Assembly (NCBI GenBank): GCA_963924565.1
Contig: OZ004613.1
Span: 6,324,001-6,388,000 of the forward strand
DNA length: 64,000 nucleotides
Reading direction: 5' to 3'
Source of the DNA: Ascidiella aspersa
Taxonomy: Eukaryota
Positions 35,556 through 45,974 of this stretch are shown piece after piece (the first letter of the stretch is position 1; the number at the start of each line of letters is the position of its first letter). The notes under the pieces were generated by a model. That model ran no database searches, was not told the DNA's origin, and saw only the letters and a program-made list of their open reading frames with translations. The translations under genes and the position numbers were made by a program.

Positions 35556-37791
35556 GTTTAAGCGATAAAATATTTAGAAAGATGCCTGGCACATCCTTCG
35601 CCCGTTCACTGAATTGTAATTTGACAATAATCAACACCTCAAACAATTTTTTTCACATGTTTAATGGCCTTCTAATTTTAAAGTTGCGAAAATGCATAAT
35701 TTTTCGCCTGTTTATCGAACTTATATAATTTCAGACTTTTGTAATTTAATGGTGTTGTTGTTGTTTACTATGGAAAGTCTGACAAATGCACATGCATTTT
35801 TTTCAAAACACTAGACATGCACCCTTAAAAAAAGAATAGGTATCTGGTTTTCCCACATATTATAGTTGCGGGTTGCACATTTGACCTTAGGTGCACCATG
35901 TTACCCCATTGTTTTGGCTGTGCACCCCCGAGATCTCGTCAAGATCTGCCATACTTAGAACATTTACGGTATTGAAACTTTGGCACTGGTCTGAATGCTA
36001 CCACAACAAACAATATTATGGGTTAAGGTGTGGGTTAGGGTTTGGGTAGGTTAAGGAATAATATTAGATAATGGATATAATAATACTTGACTCACCCAAA
36101 CACTAACTCACAACCTAAACCAAATAATGTGCAGAAGTAGGTACGTCTTGGTTAAAAAGTAATTCTATAGCCATTCATCAAACTCAGGGTACTGGCTCAT
36201 TTTTCCATTTGGAAAATGGATCGGGTACCATACTTTGAATTTAAAAGTTTGGTAGTCAGGTCCCTTATTTCCTACACATTACAACAAAAGTCTGGTTAAA
36301 ATTTGCCATACTTTCAAGATATAAATCTTTATGGCCGAGTAAGCTTAAAATATGACTGCATTCCATAGTTTGTGACCACCAAAGATTCACACCAACTGTT
36401 TTTTTAACTAAAATGTTTGCCAAAATGTTGCGGTATATATGCTAGAAAGGGTCATTTTTCATTGTAAATCCACTAGGCCAGTGATATTCAAGGCTAATAA
36501 CCTCACTTGCGTGGTTATGGCCAAGTAATCCATGGCAAAGATGTTTGGCAGCTTAGGGCTGGAATGCAAACAGGGCAAAAAACACTTCAGCTGTACATAA
36601 AACCCTGTTTGCACACTTGTACACTTGAAAGTGTGATGTTGCACACCCAAGCTCTTGGCGTGGAGTGTCAGACTAGCTAAGCCCTTATGCCAAAAATACT
36701 TAATAGAACATTTGTTCACAACTTGCTGTCTTTGTAGTGAATTTTTATTTCATTACCTAAACATAAATAAATTTACATTGTACACCTCTTATAAATTATA
36801 CAAATTAAACCTCAACATCTGCTGTCAAAGTTTTTTTAAATATTTTTTTTTAACACATTGTAATAATGTTGCATAATGTCAGTGGTGGGTTTTGGGGGAA
36901 AATGATATTCAAACAGGGTAAGCATGATTTTTAATTTGATGTTTAAGCCAGGGGTCAGCAACTTATGTATATGCAACAAATTTCAAACAACATCTGGGCC
37001 GCAGGCCAGAGTTTTAACTTAAGTCCTGTGAACAAATGACATGACTTGCATGTAAGTCATTCTGATTAATAAGTTCTCTTGAAATTATTTGTTTTAATTA
37101 AATATTTTATCAATTTATGGCTTAAAATTAACTTATTTAGACTTCTTAACTTGGGCAGGTAATGTCTTGACTGGGACTAGACTTTGTTTTGTTTTTGTAG
37201 AAGACTTGACTTGACATAAGCTATTTTTTTAAATGACTCGAATTAAACAGTCATTTCAAATTGACTTGTTTACAACACTTTATTTTTGGTAAACTAGAAT
37301 ATTAACCAGCCTTATTCTATATTTTGCCGCAATAAAACAGATGTACAATGTATAGCGTATAAATAAGATTTTTATATATATAAATATATATGTTTATATA
37401 CATTAGGTTTATTGCTCATGGGTGTAGAAGTAAAGTAGTATAAAAGAACAAAACATATGCAAGCTTCTATAGGGTGCAGAATGCAATCACCATTTCAACC
37501 AACGTAAACCAAAAATTACTGCGCCTTAGGGATGCTAGCGAAACACCAACGCGAGAAACACATGCACAAGTCTTGCACACTGCAGGGGAGTAGACTTAAT
37601 GCGACAACAAAAACTGAGGGTACAAAATTAGTACAGTGGCTGACCTCCATGACATACATGTTCTGTTGTTGAAAAATCTATGTACAAAATCTAAAAAGGT
37701 GCATTAAACTGTTTTTTAATTTGACCATGATAACCCTTTACCTATATTTTGTTGATATAGGTGATTGCTAAATATTGTCCAAAAGTGCACA

Positions 37792-40353
37792 ATGCAGACA
37801 ATAGTGTTTCTCATTGACAATTCTGCGTCCATGAATCAGAGATGCTACATGGGAACAACGCTCCTGGACGTAGCAAAGAGTGCTGTTGAAACCTTTGTCA
37901 AGCAAAGATCAAATAGAACCGATAAGTATATGCTTGTGACATTGGATGAAGGCAACACAGCAATTAAGTCCGGTTGGAAAGATTGTCAAAATCATACCTT
38001 CACCTTAAATCGACTGAAAAATATAACAGCCGATGGCATCACGACTTTGGGACATGCGCTAAAGCTCTCATTTGACCTTCTAAGCATCAACCGTCATCTT
38101 TCGTGTATCGATACCTACGGACACGGCAGGAGTCCATTTTACCTTGAACCATCGATTATCATCGCAATCACAGACGGCGGAAAACTAAGCAATCGCTCCT
38201 CGGTGTTCGACGACCTGCATCTGCCCATGTCCAACTTACTCCCCGGCTCCGAGCTTACAAAGGAACCCTTCAGGTGGGACCAAAGGCTTTTCTCGTTGGT
38301 ACTCCGGCTCCCCGCTACAGCGACTTACGAGCCGGAACAGCTGGGAAGCGTTCCGACCGACCGCTCGCCGATAAGTTTAATGTGCGAAGTGACAGGAGGC
38401 AGATCTTACTGCATTAAAACGCAGAAAACCCTGCTTCAATGCCTCGACTCGTTGGTGCAGAAAGTTCAATCCGGCGTCGTCGTCCACTTTGAGAAGTCAG
38501 ATCGTAGCAAAGATGATGTGACCCTGAAGACCTCGGGCTCGGAGGAGAGCAAAGTTAATCCGAACGAGCCACTTTCCTGGCACTCCCTACACAGAATGAT
38601 TTACGTGCGCCCATCTCCAAAAAGTGGAATGCCAATTGGACATTGGCCTCTTCCAGAGTCCTACTTTCCGGATCAAAATGCCCCTACCCTTCCCCCTAGA
38701 AGTGCCCACCCTGTGTTGAAGTTTATTTGTGACAATGTTGAGCCCCTTCTTTTGCCTAACTTCCCCTATGACAAGTATGAGCTTGAGCCTTCCCCATTAA
38801 CCCAGATTCTTTTGGAGCAGAAAAACGCCCATATCTGTTGGCAGGTATATGTGGAAAATAGTGGCAAACAGACAAACTTATTTCACCCTTGTGGCTATCT
38901 GAAAGCAAGTTCAAGTCTCACCAGCGTCAACTTGTTCGTGATGCCCTACAATTACCCTGTGTTGTTGCCTCTCATTGATCAGCTAATCAAACAGAAAATG
39001 AAACCAGCACCAGACTGGAGAAGACAGTTTGAGGACTACCTTAAAACGGTGCCACATTACTATGTGACCCCACTGAGAAAATCACTCAAGCAAATTGGTG
39101 CTCATGCGTTGATACCAGAAGCTTTTGGAACCGGGTTAAGCTACTCTGTGAACATATACCTGAAAAAGCTAAAGGAACAAACCAAAACTACAGCAGAGAG
39201 GTTTAACACCACTTCAGCAGATGTCAACAGCAATCGCACAGGAGTTCTGCTCAAGCCAAGAACCAATTCGTTTTCGGTAGCTGCGCATTACAATTTCCAG
39301 AAGCTGCTGTCGGACATTGGAGATAGCAGAAGCCCATACAAGCGAGTGGAGGTCGACGAGTTTGCAGGTTTCCGAATTGGCGAGCACACACGGCAGAAGT
39401 TCTTGACGCGAGATTTCCACAACCCCTTCGACATTCCCAGAGACCGTCTCCTGCAGCAAGTACACAACATGGCCGTCAATTTTCGACAGGTCGTCCAGTC
39501 GTCAAACAACGGAAATAACGGCGGTGGTCTTGAACAGCTCGCCAACACCATGAGGATAAGGCTGCAGGACAGGGCCGGGATCCACAACCAGCCCATTGCG
39601 CAAATGGGGAACTACCAAGACTACGTTAAAAACCTTGCGGTCCCACTACGTGAGGCCAACCCTGATGTACCCAGGAGACAGCACACCTTCGGAAACCCGT
39701 TCAAGTTGGCAAAGGAAAAGGGGATTATGATCGACGAAACTGAAGATTACGACGGCCCGTCTGCATCCGGTCCCACAGGCAAGAGGAAGACTCAAGGAGA
39801 TCACTCCGGTCCTCCGAGCAAGAGAAAAAGGCCATCGAGTCCGCATCCAAGGATGAGAGGCGATTTTCATCGATCTTTGAAGGATAAGAAGCCACCGGTG
39901 GAAGACCAGAAGCCCGCCGTAAAGTTGGCCCCAATTTTGGAGGAAAAAGTGGAGAACCCAGCTTTCCAAACTCCGACGGAGTACGACAGCGGATTCACCG
40001 ATTCCTCACCGGTTCACAGTTCAAGCGAAAGCGAGATCTCCGACGTTGGCTCTGAAAGGTCGCTGGATAAAGCCGATAAAAATCCGGAGCAAATTTCCTC
40101 TTCGCAAGAATGGACGACCACCGACTCGGAGCTGCCATCCGAAGCCAAACTGCTCGATTCAAAGCGCAGGCAAATAGTCAAGCTGATACGGAGGCCTGGA
40201 TTGCAGACTGATGAAATCAGGAAACTGCTCAAGGACGTTAAAGCCACCAAAGACGCCAAAGGCGCTTTCGCAGAACAGCTCATTAACGAGGCGGCCAGGT
40301 TTAAGCGAAAGATGATCCTTTCCTTGCTGCAAGATTTTGCAAAAAAGCTGTGA
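37792..40353 (+). CDS. INTS6: Integrator complex subunit 6, single coding exon, ~853 aa
   Basis: N-terminal vWA domain (IVFLIDNSASMNQR..LLDVAKSAVETF), ELTKEPFRWDQRLF, GHWPLPESY, QMGNYQDY, HTFGNPFK and the C-terminal INTS6/SAGE1/CT45 domain (RRPG..EAARFKRK). Splice acceptor ends at 37760, ATG at 37792. Confidence 0.96.
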   Translation: MQTIVFLIDNSASMNQRCYMGTTLLDVAKSAVETFVKQRSNRTDKYMLVTLDEGNTAIKSGWKDCQNHTFTLNRLKNITADGITTLGHALKLSFDLLSINRHLSCIDTYGHGRSPFYLEPSIIIAITDGGKLSNRSSVFDDLHLPMSNLLPGSELTKEPFRWDQRLFSLVLRLPATATYEPEQLGSVPTDRSPISLMCEVTGGRSYCIKTQKTLLQCLDSLVQKVQSGVVVHFEKSDRSKDDVTLKTSGSEESKVNPNEPLSWHSLHRMIYVRPSPKSGMPIGHWPLPESYFPDQNAPTLPPRSAHPVLKFICDNVEPLLLPNFPYDKYELEPSPLTQILLEQKNAHICWQVYVENSGKQTNLFHPCGYLKASSSLTSVNLFVMPYNYPVLLPLIDQLIKQKMKPAPDWRRQFEDYLKTVPHYYVTPLRKSLKQIGAHALIPEAFGTGLSYSVNIYLKKLKEQTKTTAERFNTTSADVNSNRTGVLLKPRTNSFSVAAHYNFQKLLSDIGDSRSPYKRVEVDEFAGFRIGEHTRQKFLTRDFHNPFDIPRDRLLQQVHNMAVNFRQVVQSSNNGNNGGGLEQLANTMRIRLQDRAGIHNQPIAQMGNYQDYVKNLAVPLREANPDVPRRQHTFGNPFKLAKEKGIMIDETEDYDGPSASGPTGKRKTQGDHSGPPSKRKRPSSPHPRMRGDFHRSLKDKKPPVEDQKPAVKLAPILEEKVENPAFQTPTEYDSGFTDSSPVHSSSESEISDVGSERSLDKADKNPEQISSSQEWTTTDSELPSEAKLLDSKRRQIVKLIRRPGLQTDEIRKLLKDVKATKDAKGAFAEQLINEAARFKRKMILSLLQDFAKKL

Positions 40354-40882
40354 TTTTTTTTTTGTTTTTTTCCGCCAAATTGCAATGACCTGTAAATTGT
40401 TGAATTTTAAGTGTTATGTACATCAAAAAATTTTGACCTTCTCCAAACTATTGGCGTTTACGCTTTTAAAACGATTTAAACACCGTTTGAAAATTTTTGT
40501 TAAAAAGTTAATTAAACACTCGAATTCAGTTTATTTACTGCGTTTTCAGAAAACATTTTCGCCTAAAAACGCATTTCTTTGTTGTCTAATCCACTGCAAT
40601 ATGTGACATTTAATACTTAATAAAACACTCATTTACTGTAGTCAAATCTCCAAACAAACTTCGAGCAGTTTTAATTTTCTAACTGAATGAGAGCCGTAGT
40701 GCGCCGGAATCTACTTACTTTTAATAAGAATTAGCATTGAGAGTTGTGGTTAGATGTTTATTTTTCGATCAGGTACAAAACATTCTCCATCCAAATTTTA
40801 ATTATTAAAAATTCCTATTATGTTGCTAGAATGTCTTAGCCCATTAAAAAAATGTTTTTGCCCAAAGGCGTACGCCCTATCA

Positions 40883-41271
40883 CAGTGGTCGGCAAACTTT
40901 TTTGTCGCAATCCAAAGTACTCTTTTCAGAGCTATTGATGGCCCACTACGTAAAACCGCCACCAAACACTGTCGGATTCAGGATATTTGATTTTAGTTGA
41001 AATATTATAGACGGCGCCTTGATGCCCAAAACACTGTGATGACAAAAAACGAAGAATATAAAAACGCGTTTTTTTTCGTTTGCATAAAGTTAAAGTTGGC
41101 AAAAAATATAGCTCGACAGGCACTCTTGGCACGCGGGCCTTTACGAACTCAGCCAATTTAACTTTTTTATGCCACACCAGAAAGTACATCGAACGTATCA
41201 CGCGGCCCACAACTATATGACTAAGCTATATATTCAAAAGTAACTCGCGGCTCGCAGTTTGCCGACCACTG
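40883..41271. mobile_element. hAT MITE
   Basis: 16-bp TIR CAGTGGTCGGCAAACT; TSD CCCTATCA / CCCTATCG. Confidence 0.82.
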
Positions 41272-41280
41272 CCCTATCGT

Positions 41281-41439
41281 CAGGGTTTTTTAAGGTTTGG
41301 TTTGGGTGACCGCCAAGTAGTTTCAAGAGACCGCAAGTGTTTCATTTAAATACCAAAAAGTTGCAAGTCCAAAATTTGGGAAATCGCTGGAAATTTGAGG
41401 GGCCGTTTCGGTCCCCCAAAACAACTTAAAAAAACACTG
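41281..41439. mobile_element. Second hAT-like MITE abutting the first
   Basis: CAGGGTTTTTTAAG / CTTAAAAAAACACTG; TSD CCTATCGT / CCTATCGC. Confidence 0.65.
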
Positions 41440-41989
41440 CCTATCGCAACATAGGAAATAGAAGTTTGGGCAACTTAAACGATATAAAGTCGTTTTGCAG
41501 TTTGCGCAAATCGATTACTCGTCAACACCTGTCCAATGTAAAACTTTAGCCAAATAAACGAACTGGGTAGTATGCATACGGTTAATTTTTTTGACGTCTC
41601 GATAAGAAGTAACTTTGTGACGTCACATTTTAACGTATCCTTATGATGTTACGAAATGACGTAACTATGTGAGACGTGATCTCTGAAAAAAATGTCACGG
41701 CCCCCCAAACAAATAAATTCCAAGAACCACGCCTGCCAACAAGTATTGGGAAATTGAAAGAATGTCGTTTTTAACCTGCAGTCCACGAAATAAGGCACAA
41801 GCATATTGATTTAAAACTACCTTTAGGTGTAATCAATGCAAATCCGTAGTGATTAGTTACTTACTCCAATTACTCGAGGCCCGATACCGGCAAATTATAT
41901 GTCCTAAGTACTAGTCCGCAGCCCAGCTTATACAAAATTTGTTCAATTTGCTTCCGTAAGCCAATATTTCTGCCCCAAAATTTTTATAA

Positions 41990-43865
41990 ATTGAAAATAA
42001 TATGTTTGTAAGTTGCTTCGCAATAGGGTATCTCCCCAAATTGACGTCATCATTTCAAAAAACCTACGTGACACCGATCATGTAAATAATGTCGTAACCT
42101 GTTTTGAAAAACGTTGAGCTAAGAAATATGTGCTGGTAACAAAAACCGGCATTACCAGTGTCTTCTATCTTTTTAAAGGTAAAAAACGCGTTTTTTCTAA
42201 AATGTATGCATTCAATGTTAACAACCGCAAAAAACAACATGTTTTGAAATGTTACAATGCCAACAGTGTCGGGGTATGTGACAAAATTTCACATAAAACA
42301 ACTTTGTATTTTCAAGTTTAGTTCATGACAAAAAACGGCCGAATCCGTGTGAGTTTAAGTCGCGTCGACAAAGAACAAAATGTCACGCCAAATATTTTGC
42401 CTCGCCGCCGAATAACGTTTTCCATTTTGCTTGTTGGGTCGTACTGGAGTTCGTTGAACGCTTCAGTTTGCACGTGAATCCTTTTTATATTTTGGCTATT
42501 TATAACGCTACCCGCAAAAAATAGCCACGATAACAGGTCAAATAAAAAATTCAATATCGCGTTTCCGCGATTAACAAAAATGCCATAAAATAATCAAATA
42601 CACCTATATATTTCTTTAACAACAAAATACTTCAAGTTAAACTCCAAAAGATAACATTTTTATATAAACTTTGACGACATGAGGCTGGAAAAATATCAAA
42701 ATAAAAAGTCGTTTACCTGGTAGTGAAAACAAAATGAGAAAATCGCCATTTAGCCCTTTCCCCTTTACAAACAGTTAAATAATTGTTTAATTGTTTTTTA
42801 AGTATATATTTTTGTAAGTATATTTACTTTCTCAAATAACGACACTTTTGTGCTTTAAAACCAAGACTTTCCATTTCATGTTTTCCTAACTCAGAATCAC
42901 TCACGACCCAACATGTAAAATTTCGGCAGGAAAACCTGATATTTCGGTTAATATTTTAGTATCACCAGATAAAATAGAAGCCAATATTTTATAAGAGTTT
43001 AAAACAGTTTTCAGTTTTTGATATTTGTCAATACATCAAGGCCCAACGCAAATTTTTATGCGCGATTTTGATTATCAGTTGCAGCCATATTGTGTTTTCG
43101 TCAACAAGATTTAGAAATTAACCTCAAGAAACAATATCTCTAACCTGTTTAAGTAGCTTTACATAAAATTTACCTTCTACAGGTTTTGGAAACGTTAACT
43201 TGGTGAGAGATTAGGAATGAAATCTTGTTTACACCAAGCGAAGTTAGCTCTTTGATTGACGGCTATGTCAGACTTTGTGTATGTTAGTCAATCGCAAGTC
43301 ATTTTCTGTCAGTTTGTTGGTATAAAGTTAGCGTTTGGTCAATTTATCATGTGCAGTAGCTTTATATATATAGGTTTACATACTGCCTTTTGAGTAGTCC
43401 AGTTTGGAGTTTAAAAACTAATTTTAAAAACGAATGACAAGAGGTAAAAGCAGTTTGAAATTGTAGGCTGACACATTTGCAAACCGCAAACGTTTTTTCG
43501 AAAGTAATTTAGGACAAATCATGTAACAACAAATAATTTAAGTACCTACAGTTCTACACATTCAATTTTTTGAAGACATATAGCTATTTTTTTGGTGTGA
43601 AGTTCTTTCAAATACGGTTATTCATGTTTGACACTATGTAAATGTCTACACGGCCATCTAATTTGATGAATAATATTTTCTAGGAATAGATTATTTGGTC
43701 TTTAGCAAAAGTGTAAAATGTTTTAAAACCAGCCATCCTATATACTTTTGAGAGTGTTTTTGTTAAAAAAAAAGTGTTCCCAGCAAGTGAAAATCCATAA
43801 ACTGACAGCAATGTATCCCATGTGAAGGTGAAATATCGACAGGGATTTTCTCTTCAGTTACAGTA
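41990..43865 (+). ncRNA. Putative large structured ncRNA, tandem copy 1 (family unknown)
   Basis: Colinear with 43895-45780; no shared ORF; conserved blocks form the same helices in both copies (see findings). Confidence 0.45.
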
Positions 43866-43894
43866 AAATACAATATATATATGTTATAATTATA

Positions 43895-45780
43895 CGAAAA
43901 ATGTATTGTTTGTAAGTTGCTTTCTAAAAGGTAATCTCCCCGAATTGACGTCATCATTTGAAAATAGCCTACGTGACACACGCCGATTTGACAATGTGGT
44001 AATTGAGTGTGAAAACTTTTTGATAAGAGATACTAGCTCTTAGCTGGTTTGAGAGACGGAATTATCAGCCATTTTTTCCGGTGAAATGTAGGACAAACCG
44101 CCATTTTTGAAATGTTTTCATTCCAGGCTAGCAACAACGAAAAGTATCACGTGTTTAAATGTTATGAAGCTCACTTTGTTGACGTGTTTCATTAATATTT
44201 TCAAAATAACAACTGGTTATTTTCAGTTTCGCCATATGAAAAATGCGCTCGAATCCGTGTGAGTTTAAGGCGCATCGCAAATGAACAAAGAGCCACGCCA
44301 AACATTTTGCCTCGCCGCCGAATATTTTAACCTTTTTGCATGTTGGGTTGAACTTTTGTGCTTTCAGTGGTTCATTTTGCACGCAAATCCTTTCGTAGAA
44401 TTTAGTTATTCAAAAAGCAACCCGCACAAATTTCCCGCCTTAACAGGCCCGTTCAAAACTTGAACGTGCACATCGCGTCTTCGCAAATATGAAAAAAACA
44501 CCATAAAATAACAAACGACAACTATAGCTTTCTTCTAAAATTATTGATTTTAATTGAAATTCATAATGCAAAAATTAAAATTTAATTTTCGATCAATATA
44601 AAGCTAGAAAAATAAAACAATCTCAATCAAAATCCGATTCATGCAATCACAAAAGTGGAAACGAACCGTCCAAATAACGTTTTAGGCCCTTTTTCTAACC
44701 ACAAACAATTTTAATATGTTTTTACAGTTTTATGAAGTATACTCGTTTTACAAAATAATTTTACTTCAATATATTAAGAAACTTTTGCACTTTAGAAACA
44801 CGATTTTTCATCGACTAGTTGCCATGTCAGAATGACTCGCGACCCAACATGTAAAATTTTGACAACAAAATCTAATATCATATTAAAAATTTTGGTTCAG
44901 TCACTTAAAATAGTTGCTAATTGTTCATTTAAAATTAAAACCATTTTAGTTTTTCATTTTTGGCAATATGCACAGCCCGAACGCGAATTTTTATGCGCGA
45001 TTTTTGATCAGCAGTTGCAGCCTTACAGTGTTTTCGTCAACCAGATTTAGAATTAAACCTCAAGAAACAAAAATTCAAAACAATTTAGTTATTGCATTTA
45101 AAAAATACCATCTACTGGTTTTAAAAAAGCTAACTTGGAGAGAGAAAAAGCAAGAAACCTTATTTTAACCCGGCGAAGGCAGCTCTTTGATTGACGGCTG
45201 TATTACCATGTGTATGTCAACTATGAGTCAATCGCAATATATATTTTTGGGCAGTTTTTGACATTTCAGTATGGTATTGTAGTATAAATAGCCTAATAAT
45301 GATTTTCTTGTATTTCACCTTTTGAATAGTTTTGAATGGAAAATAGCAATTGTAAACACGAATCCAGTGAGTAACAGCAATTTGGTATATAGGCTGACAC
45401 ATTTGCAAACCACAGACGTTTCACAAGGTATTTTTTATCAAAATCAGGTCACAACAAATATAGCTTAGCAATTGAAATATTACAGTATTTTTGTAATCAC
45501 ATGAAGCTGGTATTTTGGTGTGTAAGTTCATTTAAAAAGACGTTTTTTCATGTTTGACATTGTAAATAGCTGCAAGTCGGCCAGCCATTTTGAATATTGG
45601 AATTTTTAAAAACATAATATTTGGTCTTAAATGAAAGTGTAAAAAGCCTTAAATCCAGGCATCATATATGATGTTGAGAGTGTTCTATTAAAAAATGATT
45701 TCCAGCAAAGTGAAAAACCATTAACTGACAGCAGTGTGTGATAAGTTGAATTGACGGCAGGTATTTTCTCCTTAGTAGCC
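43895..45780 (+). ncRNA. Putative large structured ncRNA, tandem copy 2 (family unknown)
   Basis: Diverged duplicate of 41990-43865, including a 17-bp long-range helix 44334-44350 / 44840-44856. Confidence 0.45.
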
Positions 45781-45974
45781 ACGCACTGCGCGTTTGCAAG
45801 TTTTGCGTAGTGTTGACGTTTAGGATTGCTCGGCCGTAACTGACTCTCGTTTTCTGTATCCACAGCCTATATGTAATATAACTAAGCGTATAGCAATAGG
45901 TGGCTTACAGTTTGCTGAAAACACAGCCAAAACTCTGACGTTTAAACCACGAGTGTGCAAAGAGCATCGCCGTA

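Noticed and set aside
43183-43202. 20-nt microexon (CTACAG|..|GTGAGA) suggesting a snoRNA host gene
   Set aside because: Both splice sites are altered in copy 2, and no convincing C/D or H/ACA boxes are shared.
42318-44382. Minus-strand ORFs 42318-42554 and 44155-44382 as paralogous small proteins
   Set aside because: A 1-nt indel shifts the frame between copies, there are no proper ATG starts, and the G-U pattern favours a plus-strand RNA.
41990-45780. Telomerase RNA identity for the duplicated units (GCGAAG..GCTCT near 43238 and 45173 recalls vertebrate CR4/5)
   Set aside because: No CTAACCCT-type template is conserved in both copies, P6.1 cannot form, and no shared ACA box was found; the family is left unassigned.
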